Below, piece after piece: positions 26,049-38,759 of a stretch of DNA of 64,000 nt. Source of the stretch: Tubulanus polymorphus (Eukaryota; Animalia; Nemertea); contig NC_134025.1 of NCBI RefSeq assembly GCF_964204645.1, positions 17,707,101 to 17,771,100 of the forward strand, written 5' to 3'. The notes under the pieces are model-generated. The model was not told where the DNA came from. It was given only the letters and a program-made list of their open reading frames with translations, and did not search any database. Within the stretch, counting starts at the first letter, position 1, and every line of letters starts with the position of its first letter. Both the position numbers and the translations under genes were made by a program.

Positions 26049-26564
26049 GGATCTTCTATGGTCATTCTTATTGTGTTATCTACTCTACATAGTAGACACG
26101 ACGAGTTACTGGTACTGTACTCTGTACATGGCATGATAAGTGCGGCCATTCTCATAAACAATGACGTTTTAGTTAACATTTAGGGTAACATTCGAGCTAG
26201 CTGAGTCAATAAATAAGAATTTTAAGTTAGCCACATTTTCTAAAGTTGGCGACATAGGCCTAAAGAAATATATTCAGGCCCAACATCTAAGATCAAATTC
26301 AGGGGTCCCTTTTATAATAGATTACATCCTGCTAACCTAATTAACTCTGATCAGGAATATTAGGTAAAGAAATTATGTAGGTCTACAGGTGTAAATTGGG
26401 TAACTCTGGTTAATGTTACCCTAACCAGTTGTAAATTTTGAATATTTCCTGTTCTTAATTTAGCGTTTTGTTTCTTACTTTATGATATGGAATAGCCATG
26501 ATGTATTTTTTGACATTCAGCTACAACAATGTTCATTATTCAAGTGACCTTTCCTTAATTTTAG

Positions 26565-26612
26565 CTGAAAGTAATGTCGACAGCCTTGCCAATTGTTTGG
26601 ACCATGAAACAG
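26565..26612 (+). CDS. Candidate 48-nt phase-1 micro-exon (copy 1)
   Basis: ttttag|CTGAAAGT...GAAACAG|gtac encodes ESNVDSLANCLDHET. Confidence 0.35.
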
Positions 26613-26829
26613 GTACAACATATCCTAGTTTTATTTCTTACTGTAAAATATGCTACGGGACATAGGCCTGTACCTGTTATGGGCCACAACATATGCCTAT
26701 TGTAAGAAATCCCGGGTAGGATTCGGGCTTATTTATTCAATTAACTATTGAAAAATTATTGAAAACAGATTATATTAAATCTCTGAAAACGATTTTCTCA
26801 ACTTTATGTAATCTGTCCTTGTTTTTTAG

Positions 26830-26877
26830 CTGAAAGTAATGTCGACAGGTCTGCTAATTGTTCGGATCATGAAACAG
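26830..26877 (+). CDS. Candidate 48-nt phase-1 micro-exon (copy 2)
   Basis: tttttag|CTGAAAGT...GAAACAG|gtac encodes ESNVDRSANCSDHET. Similarity to copy 1 is essentially confined to the exon and splice sites. Confidence 0.35.
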
Positions 26878-26981
26878 GTACAACATCACGATTGGTAGAA
26901 CACTATATCCGTGTTGACGCGATGAGGAGAGAATCCCACAATGATAATAAAAAGTCCGAAAATGAAACTTCGAGATAGTAG

Positions 26982-27030
26982 TTTATTTCAACGTTTCGAC
27001 TATATCCTAATAGTCATCTTCAGGAATAAT
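26982..27030 (-). ncRNA. Minimal type I hammerhead ribozyme motif
   Basis: Minus strand: TTATTC-CTGAAGA-T-GACTA/TTAGGATA/TAGTC-GAAAC-GTT-GAAATAA. Confidence 0.7.
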
Positions 27031-27337
27031 GAGATACAACAGAAATTATGAGATATATATACAATCCAGAGACAAAGAGACTAATTCAAGTAATCAGAGA
27101 TGATACAAACTAAAGGAAAATTAACGTAGAAACAGTTACACGCTAAAATAGATTAAAGGGAAGCAAGCTAAGGGGTGATTATAAACAACAATAGTGAGTA
27201 TAAATATAAATGAAACTTAAAGTCAGTAGTAAAAAGGAAGACAAACTAGGGGGCACTTAAATTAAAACAAAGGTGAATACAAGTAAGTCAGAGACGAAAT
27301 TGATGAGAGAACAAATAACAAATAATCAAAGGGGAAA

Positions 27338-28369
27338 TCAAGTGTTGAGTTTAACCAGTTTACAGAGGAATTTTGATATAAGTTTATTATGGGGTGAAAA
27401 ACCATTGTTAAGGTTTACAACGTTGTTCGAATTTTCAATAATTAATGCAGATTCCAAAATATGTCTTCTAGTTTTATCGCTGCAAGGGTAAATTAATTCA
27501 GCATTAGCAAAATTAAAATTGTGTGAAGTCTGAAAAACATGACTAGCAACTCCGCTTTCAGGTTTAAAGTTTTTTACATCTAATTTATGCTCTTTTATGC
27601 GTTGATTAAGATTCCGACCTGTTTCTCCTATATATACTTTGTCGCAAACTTTACAAGGTATTTTATAAATTCCACAGTTTAGGGATTCGGTTTTCGGTTT
27701 GTTGTTAATCAATATGTTACTAAGTTTATTATTGTATTTAAAGATGAGTTGTTTATTTAGTGACCGAAGAGAAACTTTAGAATTCTCGAGGAAAGGTACA
27801 TACGGTACAATGATAGGCTGTTTATCGGTAGCCAACGTAGGAGTTCTAAGGTTGTTATTTCTAAAATGCGTAGTACGAGCTTTAAGTAGAGCTTTTTTCA
27901 ATAGGAAATCGGGGTAGGCAAGTTTTTTGAGAGATTGGTTAATATGGTGAATTTCATCGGGTAGAAATGAGGGGTCGCAAATTCTCAAAGCGCGAAGAAA
28001 TAATCCTTGAGCTAAACCGAGTTTAATATCCGGAGAAGTAAAAGAGAAGTAATGGAGGTAGGATTCAGCGTTGGTAGGTTTCCTATAAACCGCGAATTTC
28101 AAAAAGGATCCACAGTTAAAAATCAAAACATCCAGAAAAGGTATTTTACTATTAGATTCCCATTCATAGGTAAAAGCCAGAGACGGGTAAAGGGAGTTTA
28201 AATATATAAGAAAGTTATCAACATTGAAGTCAAAGGGAACCAAAGCCAGAACATCGTCAACATATCTGAGCCAGATTTTAGGGTGAATATCAGTGTAAAG
28301 AGGCAATATTTCAGATTCAACGTGTTCTAGGAATAAATTAGCTAGAATAGGACTAAGAGGATTTCCCAT
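27338..28369 (-). CDS. Penelope-like RT C-terminal half plus GIY-YIG endonuclease (open, 343 aa, N-truncated)
   Basis: MGNPLSPILANLF, RYVDD, IPFLDV, VYRKPT, GIYKIPCKVC..VYIGETGR.L..RI.EH, LES.LI. Confidence 0.92.
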   Translation of the reverse strand: MGNPLSPILANLFLEHVESEILPLYTDIHPKIWLRYVDDVLALVPFDFNVDNFLIYLNSLYPSLAFTYEWESNSKIPFLDVLIFNCGSFLKFAVYRKPTNAESYLHYFSFTSPDIKLGLAQGLFLRALRICDPSFLPDEIHHINQSLKKLAYPDFLLKKALLKARTTHFRNNNLRTPTLATDKQPIIVPYVPFLENSKVSLRSLNKQLIFKYNNKLSNILINNKPKTESLNCGIYKIPCKVCDKVYIGETGRNLNQRIKEHKLDVKNFKPESGVASHVFQTSHNFNFANAELIYPCSDKTRRHILESALIIENSNNVVNLNNGFSPHNKLISKFLCKLVKLNT

Positions 28370-29547
28370 AGCGATACCGAATGTCTGTTCGTAAAAACAA
28401 TTGTTGAATTAGGAAGCGTAAGTGACAGATGACTTCACTAAAAGACTCAGGATCCAGACCTTAAACGGTAGGTGTTTCTTTGTTTTACGCTTTTCTGTGA
28501 GTGGACTAGATTAATAAACCATGATAAGCCTACCTGGGAGACTGCAGCGAGCTTCTGTAACCTTTCACTTTTCATGATTGACACTATAAAAAATTGATAC
28601 CTTGTTTCTGCGCAGCTGCCGGGTCGGAAAAATCATGCTGAAAATTTGTAAAAATAAAATCCTGGCAGCCGGGTCCCTTCGAAAAGCAGGTGTGAATTTA
28701 ATTTTAAAATAATATCCGGCCTGTCGCGTGAATATAAACCTAAGTTCGAGCTTTATATGTTCAAGCTGATGTATTATTTATAGTTCATGAAGTGGAAAAA
28801 AATCATCAGAGCGACACATGCACTAATCCTCGCTCGGAAAAGAAAAGATTTAAAGCGGGGGGCACACTGGGCGACAACATGTTTGATTTAGTCGCCAGCG
28901 ATTTAGCGATCGTCCGCCTCGAGCGCCGTAGTCAACGGACTAGTGCAGGCCGTTGATGTTAACGGTGATTGAATTGAACGATGCTGCTGAGTCCATACAA
29001 AATCTATCGGGCCCTATTGGTTTCCTGTAACGTTTTTCATTTTAGAAAAATAAAAGACAAATTATATTGTTTCCTTACAGTTATTGTGCCAACATATACT
29101 AAAACAGATGCTGGAGGTAGAGACATATATGTTAGTCAGCTATATAACCGGCAGGGTTTGCTTCATCTTACTTCATTTCGAGGAAGGATGCAAATAGCGA
29201 AAATGATTGTCTCAGTCTCGATTAAATGAGACGATATAGTTTGATTTTATAGGTTTAGGGAGCTTTGGATTCTCAATAAAGTTTTTTGCATACCCCGGTA
29301 TGTTCTACTTGCATTACTTGCTATTCGTTTCGAACTGGTAAAAAGAAATTCTCTCCCGCATCTTTTCCATAAGTCTCTATTTCAACTTTTTTATTTAAGA
29401 ATAACAATAGAAATATAATTCGCCGCCCTTGTCACTTTCCAGAAAAAATCTGATGAGAAACTAGGGTATTACTATTACTTAGTGTGGCCTAATCTGTTTT
29501 TCAACACCTGTTGGGAAGTGGAGCTAATCACAGGCGCCCTTATATTG

Positions 29548-30552
29548 AATTCGGAGTCCTGTAGCTTCCTACTGGTTTGCCATTTTTCATTGAAATTTAG
29601 GTGGCTATTCTATGGATAGGGTTCTGTAGCTGAGACAGGTATTTTTGATCAGCCAATTATCACGCAATTGGTGGCCATTTTGGTGTCATCAGTACTTATG
29701 AGCTTCAACTTTGTAATTGATTGTGGTAACCAAATATGCTTAGGTATCAACATAATGTGGAAAAACGTTTTTTCCACCTACGAATAAGTACTGATGATAC
29801 CAAAATGGCCGCCAATTGCGTGATAATTGGCTGATCAAAAATACTACAAAGTTGAAGCTCATGACATGTTCTATGATTTTGGTGAGTTCAAAGTCTTTGG
29901 TTTTTGGTATATGGCCACCAGGGTGTTTTGAATAATACATTAACTTAGAATTTCAATATTATATTAATATCTAAGCGTTTTTCGTCACCACAATCAATTG
30001 TTAAGTGGTAGCTCATGACATGTTCTATGGTAGAGGTGAGTTACAAGGTCATTGGGATTTGCATATGGTCACCAGGGGGCGTTGAATAGTAGAATAACTT
30101 AAGGCGCTTTTACGAAACTGAATCTTTGTAAATCGATTTAAGTTTCACGTTTACGGCACGCAGTTTAGTGAATCCGATTTGGTAAATCAACGCGTTTATG
30201 GAAACGGTTTAGTAAATTGATTTACTAAATTGACTCACTTGCTCGGCGTGCAAGTTAGTGGCGATTAGTGGCGTCCTCTTCGACTGCGGGCTAAAGACAT
30301 CTATTAGCTAATCCGAATCAGATTCAATTTCATAAAAGCGCCTTTAGTATTTCCATATTATATTGGTACTGAGGCATGTATTGTTATCACAATCAATTGC
30401 AAAATTGTAGCTGCTGACATATTCTATGATTGTGGTGAGTTTCATGATCATTGGTTTTTGTATATGGTCACCAGGGGAATTGAATATTGAAATGGTGGTT
30501 GGATTGTTGAAAGCCTTTCCAAGTAGGCATGGTGTATCTGGACCCCTAGTTT
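29548..30552 (-). mobile_element. HINE family B copy, rearranged and interrupted by a MITE
   Basis: Ends GGACCCCTAGTTT and contains the family's ~153-bp units in reverse. Confidence 0.75.
30102..30343. mobile_element. PIF/Harbinger-like (Tourist-type) MITE
   Basis: TIR AGGCGCTTTTACGAAACTGAATCT / AGATTCAATTTCATAAAAGCGCCT with 3-bp TSD TTA. Removing it restores the host HINE unit AGAATAACTTAGTATTT. Confidence 0.85.
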
Positions 30553-30617
30553 CCTTTGTGTTGAGTTTCATGGTCATTTTAGGTGATTGGAATTATTTCA
30601 CATATATTTCTTTATAG

Positions 30618-30817
30618 TAAAGCGTAGATGGAGTGATGATGAAAATGAGGTTTTTTTTGAAGATGTAATGCCATACCTCAAGAAGAGGAAAGCACCGCCA
30701 GGTTGCATTTTGAATGAGCTCAAAGAAAAATTAAATGGAAGAAGCGTCAATCAGTTGAGAACTCGGGCACATAATTATTTGTCTGGAAAGCAAATGCTTC
30801 CCCAGAAGTACATGTAA
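30618..30817 (+). CDS. Candidate terminal exon encoding a Myb/SANT-like helix-turn-helix domain
   Basis: tttctttatag| then KRRWSDDENEVF...P...L.GRSVNQLRTRAHNYL..*; AATAAA at 30825. Confidence 0.55.
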
Positions 30818-30906
30818 AATTACGAATAAAATGAGTAAGGCCACACCAAAGAAATCCTGTTTCTCGGACGGGGCAATCACCAAAATGGGTAGGTAGGTAG
30901 AGAATG

Positions 30907-31556
30907 TTTATGCCCCACAACGTGTTGTGGTGGCACTGAATTCACTTTGGCGTCTGTTCGCAGTGGTTTCTGTTCCCTGGCACCTTAACCCTATGACAGA
31001 TTTCCTTCCAATTCTATACATGTGGTTGTGTTGTACTATATGAGGTTAGTAACTGATTAGATTTTGGGTCATGTAGGTCTTAGGACAATGTCACAGGAAG
31101 CCATTTTGTAAATTTCATTTCCGGGCTCTAACTCAAAAACGGTTTAAGATAACTTAATGAAATTCTATGGATTGGTTATCCTAGATACCGTGGGTAAGTG
31201 AATAGATTCCGGGTCCTGTTGGTCAAAGGTCATGGTTACTAGAAGTTGTTATGTATTTTTCATTTCCGGGCTCTATCTCTAGACGGTTTGAGTTAATTTG
31301 GTTACTTTTTTGGATGGGTTTTCCTAGAGACTGTGAGTAACTTGATTACATTCGTGTTCTGTAGGGTCAAAGGTCAAGGTCACGAAGAGCTGTTTTGTAT
31401 TTTCAATTTCCGGGCTCCTTATTCATAAATGGTACAAGATAACTTTGTGAAATTTCCTGCCTGTATAAATAGGTCGACATACGCTTGGGGTGTATCTTAC
31501 ACTCAGGCGTTTCACCTGATGTGGGGGCATCAGTCGTCTTCAGCGATATTCTAGGA
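30907..31556 (-). mobile_element. HINE-like element with ~145-bp internal repeats
   Basis: Terminal hairpin TGCCCCACAAC-GT-GTTGTGGTGGCA, matching subterminal GTGGGGGCA near 31521, TTCTAG end. Repeat marker ATTTCCGGGCTC occurs 3 times. Confidence 0.6.
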
Positions 31557-32599
31557 TTCTTTTTTCTTTTATAGAAAAATGGGGTAGATCAACGTAAATA
31601 ATTTTTATTGGACCAAATGTTTAGTCAGGAACATGATTAACAGCTAGTAGACTACAATAATTAAAAGAAATTGAGGTGTTTGTACAATTATACAACCTAT
31701 AAAACCTATTGCACAATCTATACAGATATATTTTGAACATATTTCACGGAAATCCTGGAATTTTACAATCCAAGGTCGCCATCGATATCCGATTAGCAAA
31801 GTTGTCTGAGCATGGCTGCACCATTTCCAGAATCAAATTGTTATATCCGATACAATATAATATTTTTATGGTGTTGATCTCGGTACCGACATCACGATTT
31901 GATTAAAAAGAAAAAATGTTTACAAGAATTAACAAGAATGGAGAATTTGGTAGTCGGTCGGCTGCATATATATTTTTTGAAAAAGTTATTTCATAACCAA
32001 AAGCTCATAACCAAAAAATTCGAAAAGAAGTGTACGAATTAAGGAATAAGTAAAACGACAATCACAACCGAAGAACGTACTACATGCATAAGATAGCTAT
32101 GATTGAATGTTCTGCAAAGTTGAAAGCGTTTCACGTAAAACATTTTTGAGGTCTTATTATTGCTCATCGTATTTTGGATGGTCTAAATTGGTCCTAGCAG
32201 CACAGCGCAAATCTCTGAGTGATTTCATGCAAAATTGAGATGATAGTAAGAGATATACCTGTACTATCGATATTCAACTCGACTCTACCTACTTATTTAG
32301 GTGGAGTCGATGACTACATACTACGGGATTTCCTTATGGCACTGGTTTTCAAATGCGTTATTGTTCAAGTTACGGGACATCAGTATAAAATCATGAAGAG
32401 GGACATTTGATACTTTGGGACATATATATATCGTAAATGCAATATGATTCTAGTTGCGGGACATCAGTACGAAACCATGAAGAGGGACATTTGACACTAT
32501 GGGATATATATATATATGATAAACACCCCATTAATTGGTTTTAAAATTATACCCCATTTATCGGTTTTAGATAGACGTCCCGCTACTCTACCTATGTAA

Positions 32600-32600
<1 letters not shown>

Positions 32601-32678
<78 letters not shown>
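32601..32678. repeat. (TA)39 microsatellite
   Basis: Pure TA dinucleotide run. Confidence 0.98.
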
Positions 32679-32680
<2 letters not shown>

Positions 32681-32785
32681 ACGTCGTTCTAGACAACGGC
32701 GGTGTTTCGCAATGATGTTGTAAAAAAAAGATTTCAGAGATTGTAGCTCCGATTTTATGAGCCGCTTTTACGGTCTGTTCTTTAA

Positions 32786-33310
32786 CCCTTACAATACCAC
32801 TACCGTATGGCACAAATTGGCAAGCTAGCATACCAGTACCGTATGTGATACGGTATCGCTTAACCCTCCTACTAGATGGGCATATCTATCAGTTACAGCC
32901 GGTGCTGCCATCTGCATAAAATCCAAGATGGCAGCAGCCAGGAAAAAACAATTTGGATGGATGAAACGGTTCAGCAGCTTGTATATGATGCTGACAGTGA
33001 TGCTGGTGACTTGGAATTTGGTAGTAAACAAATTGAGAGTGACAACGAATATGACAGTGCAGCACAGATGATGAGACTTAGTCAGAAAATAGGTTTAGCG
33101 GCGGCAATGATTTTGATGATGAAAATCAAATCAGTGACATTTTTTTAGACCCTGTTGATCCGGTTGTCATGGCAACGGACCTCAATAACAATAATGATGA
33201 ACCAGAAACTCTCCATCCTCAAGGTCACATATATCCAAACTATTTGTCTAATTTGTAAGCCCAAAAATTATCGACACCATGGTATATAATATATCAGTGT
33301 CAAATACATA
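32786..33310 (+). mobile_element. Left fragment of a piggyBac-like non-autonomous element
   Basis: TTAA|CCCTTACAATACCAC start; acidic piggyBac-like N-terminal remnant (DADSDAGDLEFGS..ESDNEYDS); colinear with 43148-43570 plus 46029-46140. Confidence 0.7.
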
Positions 33311-33440
33311 GTACGCCTGATTATGGCTAACAGTTTTTAGCCGAAACGTCTATAATCATTGTGATATAGAATTTTTCAATCTTGGCTTTGTTATTGTGGG
33401 ATTTCTCTCGTCATCATCATACACGGATATTGTGTATCTT
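33311..33440 (+). mobile_element. Solo Penelope-type tail with degenerate hammerhead
   Basis: CTGATTA-T-GGCTAA/CAGTTT/TTAGCC-GAAAC-GTC, followed by ATTGTGGGATT...ACACGGATAT, which is shared with the PLE1 tail. Confidence 0.6.
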
Positions 33441-34559
33441 CTCATCTATTCAACATATTTTGTTCATTCAGCCAATCAGGGTGCATTAAAAAATATTCAG
33501 CCCGGGCGCATACTGGCGGAGGCTTTCTCGAACAAACTTCACTGAGGTTCACACGCGAAAAAAAGGCCGCCTCAATATTTCCTGAATCGACAAATCTTTT
33601 TAGTTCACAGTTCACCCCAAAACTTCAAATACGAGCCCCTGTGGACTTATCAGCAGCTTAGTGAAATTTTGCTGATAGCATTTTATTTTGGTGCAAAGCC
33701 ATTGCAATCGACAGCCCCAATGTTTATTACAAAGTAATAATACAATATTTATTTAAACATATAAGTTATATTTGAAAACCCTGGACTGGGATTCATAGAT
33801 GTGGAAGAAAAATAGTCCCTGGGAACATTTTGATATCGGTCTGTTATAACCATGGTTTCTCATTGTAAATATGGTGTTTGTCACCCAGATTAAGGATTTA
33901 CCCCTAGGGATAACTTTGATACTCAGTCCAAGAAACCAGGCCCTGGTATAAACAAACTGAGTATACATCCAGGTATCATTAATTTCACCAGGTAAAAATT
34001 AAATTGGTGATTACTATACTCTTTGATACATTTAGACCAACATACAGGGTAAATCATATAATGATAAAATTTAGGCTTCATGAAAAAAGGCAGGTGGACT
34101 TAAAAAATACCCTTGATTCCAGATAGATAAGTGTTAGGAATAATCACGGGCCTATAAAGAATAAAATATTTTCTTCGATAAATGAAAGTAGATTATCTAC
34201 ATTACTGAGGTATTGGCAATTATGGTTTGATATTGATTGGGGTTTATGAAGAGATGCAACAGCAGCAGCAGCCCTATGCTGCATGTAGTTTACTGGCATT
34301 AACTAATGCCAACCTTCATCACCGGCTTATACAGTATAATAAGTAATGACAAATTGCAAAAAAGATACATACAAATTATAGACATCCTTAAGCCACATAC
34401 AGCTATGAGTTTGTGAGAAAAAAGAAAATGAAAAAAAAAATAAAATAAATAAATAAAATAGAGGATTAGAAGACAAACAGTCAATGTCAATTTCTATTGT
34501 CCAAATAAGTGCTGTGCTGGCAGGGACCATGGTCACGAGGCTGTACACAAAGCAGTGCT

Positions 34560-35068
34560 AGCACAGTCAAATCTTTCTGAAACACCATTGGCTAAACCGG
34601 GATGCTTAGCCTTAACATCCCGGTTCATACATCTCTATTATGTTTGATGGATCGTGTGATAATTCACTGAATGAACAAGAAATTGTTTGTATGAAGTACA
34701 TTGACAAAACTGGCGCTGCTGTTACAAAATTTATTGGGTAACGGAAAACGATAATATCTATCCCTTGATAAAAAGCATGAAGGACTAACACGTTTCACAT
34801 ATAATGATTATGATTTTTTATGAGTTGTAGTTCCTGACATGTCCACAGCTTCTAGTATTAAGGATGGTGTCGATGGAAATGACCAAGATTGGGATTAACA
34901 TGGAACATCATCTGCACATGGTGCCTCCGTCAACTTTGGACCTGTCAACTTCGTGGTCTGATAACACAGCATCAGAATGAATGCGACTCCGTGGTAGCTG
35001 TGCATTGTGTTGCACATTGCATGGAACTGTCGCTTTAAGATGCCTTTAAGCAAACTTACTTCACTGAG
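34560..35068 (+). pseudogene. Decayed hAT (ZNF862-like) transposase fragment with introns
   Basis: YISIMFDGSCDNSLNEQEIVCMKYID...TKFIG|gtaa; GASVNFG; VAVHCVAH.MELS..DAFK..YFTE|gtaa. Confidence 0.75.
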
Positions 35069-35599
35069 GTAAATTTCATATCACTGCAGTCTAGGTAAGA
35101 GAATTTCGCAAAGTAATAAATGGCTTAGAAAAAATAAGTGGAGTGGTTATTCTGCCAAAACAATATATAAACGTATATATAAACATATGTATGTAGAATA
35201 TATATTGGAATTTGCACTTGTACGGTACCTAATCCAATGAAACGCTCGCCATTTGGCTATCCCATAATTACGTTAGTAGCGACGGAATTTCCAGGTTTGC
35301 CCATATATCCAAATAAATTGCCCATGGGCAAAGTGTGGTTTACCTTGAAAGCTAGAGGTTGTTTGGAGTAAGGGCATTGCTTGAAAAATCCTTTTAATTC
35401 GTGACTTCAAAGTTCCACAAGTTTATATTGTATTTTATCTTTCTTAAAGAATTATTTTGTAGTCAAATAAGACCAAAGATATACATTTGGTTACAGTCCA
35501 CGTCCAAAAGTTTGTAGGGTACAGGTAGGCGTGGCAGGGAAATTATTTTATATTTTCAAAAAAAATATGTTTCACAATATGAAAAAAATACTCAAATAA

Positions 35600-36162
35600 G
35601 GCCATCCCAAAATAATTGTCTGTTTGCCGTAACACCGACTTAACTTTTCAGGATGAGTCAGTAGGTAAGAAAAAATTTTTTTCCCTAAATTTTTGGGCAA
35701 AAAAAAAATTTATCACCTTTTTACATGGAAACAATATCGGAAAAAACATCTACGTTGTGCACTGGAAATTTGTCTAATAGCGTAGATTTCGAGAATATTT
35801 CTAAAATTATATCTTCGTCCAGAGCGTCATCTCTGTGTTAAAAATGAAACAGTACATTGGATATGTGCGCGGTTTTACGTTACCAGCTTTGATATAGTCA
35901 CTATCAGAATGAATGGCAGCTTATTGGAACACTGCCAGTTTCCTGGAAAACTTAAATTAGGTCAAATTGACAAGGCATGTTTTCACACGATGCACACTTG
36001 AATTCAAACATTTATAATACGTAGCCCATACGTAGGCAGTGGGTCGGTCGGCCGTTTTTATCAAAATTTATTTCAATGAATCCCAGAAAAAAGTTTTCAC
36101 TTGGTACCTTGGAAGTCGGGTCGGTCGGGTTACGGCAAACAGACCATTAATATGGGATGGCC
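35600..36162. mobile_element. PIF/Harbinger-like MITE
   Basis: ~34-bp TIR GGCCATCCCA..ATAAT.GTCTGTTTGCCGTAAC with TAA TSD (35597-35599, 36163-36165). Confidence 0.85.
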
Positions 36163-37344
36163 TAAAATTCATATGATGTCACATATCAGAGGGTGGCTGA
36201 ATATTGGGTCATGGAAACCTCTTCCAATGTTGGCCGCGGAAGTTAAAATATCGGTACAGAAGAAATCGGTTATTAGATCGTTTTAAATCCTGGAATTTAC
36301 GACTACAATATTCAGACCTCGACCTATACTTTTAGTTTGCTGCTTAATATTTTCATTTCACAAGAAATTACAAGTTATTACAAATTCTATCAAACAGATA
36401 ACACAGCGCTCATCTTCTGCTACGATTATCAGCCTATTTTCATGTCAAACGCGCACGCGTTACAGCATCACCTTGAGTAGTGTACTGTACGATCTTGTGT
36501 GCGTGTGTCGTGTAGCACTCTGCGCGCGCAGGTGGAGGCCTCGTGTAAGTGAATGTTCGCTTACACTTCAATGTCAATCAAAACAATCACCGGGTATTAA
36601 AATGAAACAATACCTATGGCGGATGTGTGAAATAATTACATCCTCACCAGCAATGAGCATTTAAAATTTGCACGTATACAGCACCTAGTCCAATGAAACG
36701 TGCGCCATTCTATGGCTTTCCCATAATCATTTCAGTAACGCAGGAATTCCCCGTATATCCCAAAAACAGCCAATCCCATTCTCTCGTAGAGACGTCGCCC
36801 CCCAATCAAGGTCATTGCAATTTTATACGCAAGAACTAAGAATTTTCCCGCCAAAAACAGTTTTTCGTAGAATTTTAACTCAGTTGACCATGTACATCGA
36901 CGGAGGTTCGCCATGTCTTCAATCGAATCGATTATACGTCGTTTAAGCCGAGAACCAATGAAACAAATGCTCGCATAAAAAAACATACCGCGACTTTACA
37001 TGAATCGGCTCAATCACATTCGCTTTTTGTAACAAGCCCCCCCCCTTAATCGAGCTCATTGCAACCTTATATGCAAGAGCTAAGAATTTTCCCGCCGAAA
37101 ACAGTTTTTTTGGAGAATTTCAATGCAGTTGACCATGTCATCGATGGAGGTTTTGCATGTCTTCAATTGCAAAAAACGTACCGCTCGGCTCAATGCCAAC
37201 TCCACTATCACTAACAAACGTTAAACAAAAATGTGTAAAAAGTGCAGATTTCAGCAATTGAGAAGGCAATTTGATACGTATCTACATCCCCGCGAACCCT
37301 GAAGACCCTAATCTTTAGTATCTGAAAATCATAAGTGATTAAGA

Positions 37345-38097
37345 TTTTCTAACCTTGACCTTCGACCCTAGAACTCCAAAATCAGTAGGGTTCATCCTCT
37401 CCCCGATTATTATACTGTGAAATAGCTATGTCAACCTATCAATGGTTCTTCTTGAATCAAATTTTCGCACAAATGACCCCTACTAAACTTGACCTTTGGA
37501 ACCAAACATCATCAGTGCACATCCTCTCCCTATGGGTAATCAAACCATGATATAGCATTGTCCTGCTATGAATGGGTCTTCTCGAATCGCATTCACAAGG
37601 TTTCACATAAATAATTTCTAGTGTCCTTGACCTTTGGACCCCAAAATCAATAGGGCACATCCTCTACCGAGGGGTAATATTACCATGTAATATCATTCTC
37701 CTACTATCAATGGTTCGTCTTAAATACCATTCACAAGGTTTCATATAAATGACCTATAACGACCTTGACCTTTGATCTTTTGACCCTAAAACCAATATGG
37801 CACATCCTCTCCCTAGGAATAATCATAATATGTAATATCAAAGTCCTGCTCTTAACGGTTCTTCCTGAATCATGTTCACAAGGTTTCACATGAAAAGCCT
37901 GTAGTGAACTTGACCTTTGATCCTTGGACCCAAAAATCAATGCGGCACATCCTCTCCCTAGGGGTAATACTGCTATGTAATATCATAGTCATGCTATCAA
38001 TGGTTCTTCTTGAATCGCGTTCACAAGCAGATGCGGACAGACGGACAGGGGCGGATACCATGTCCCCTGCCGGCAGCTTATGCAGTGCGGGGGACAA
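37345..38097 (+). mobile_element. HINE-like element with ~140-bp CTTGACCTTTG-containing tandem units
   Basis: About 5 units (CTTGACCTTTG...CATCCTCTCCC), a GACG tract, and a 3' hairpin TGTCCCC...GGGGACA. Confidence 0.7.
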
Positions 38098-38759
38098 GAA
38101 TGGCCACCTGTCAGCCATCTTGACACTGGCAGGAACAGTTTTTTGGCTGAAGAAGTGTCTAGGGTTTAATAACTCGGGTTTTTTTATCAGTTTCATGGTA
38201 TAGGATATTTTTTGACTGTTTTAGCCATAGACCTATCTGATCTATATAAAAATCAGGTAACTACATTGACTAGTCTCATCAAAATCATTATTACGTTGCC
38301 AAGGGACATATTTAGTTAACATGGATCTTGTTGAATAATGCTGAATAATAAATCTTTAAACAACCGCCGGAGGTTGTGCCCTGGACAAGCTATCTATCTT
38401 GACTTACCTCTTCCAGAAGACAGGTGACTGCCTCAATATCATTGTATGTCTTGGTCATCTGGCTTAGCCGTACATTACGAAGAGCTGAAAAGATTATTAA
38501 TATAGTAATGGCATATATTTTCTGGTTAAATAGACAGTGTTGTCAGTGTTCTCCATAAGGAGTATTTGAGGGGCAGGCCCCCTCTTAACAAGAGGCCCAC
38601 AGGCCTTATACCTTCACGACGCAGTAGAAGAAGAATGATTCAGTATTCAAAGTTTTACAGAAAGATTTACATTGTAACGATGTAACAAGTATTAAAATAG
38701 TTAAGATGGTATAGGCTATGTGGCGATAATGTTCATTTTCTGTTAATATATCCTAACAT

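Larger units (their letters stand above)
26885..28410 (-). mobile_element. Penelope-like retroelement 1 (5'-truncated) with hammerhead-containing 3' tail
   Basis: RT plus GIY-YIG ORF followed by a ~450-bp tail that is also present at 59716-60120. Confidence 0.9.

Noticed and set aside
28575-29489. Degenerate Harbinger-like MITE ending AGTGTGGCC-TAA
   Set aside because: The left terminus is too decayed to define boundaries or a TSD.
32592-32831. ORF with a YI repeat
   Set aside because: It is a translation of the (TA)n microsatellite.
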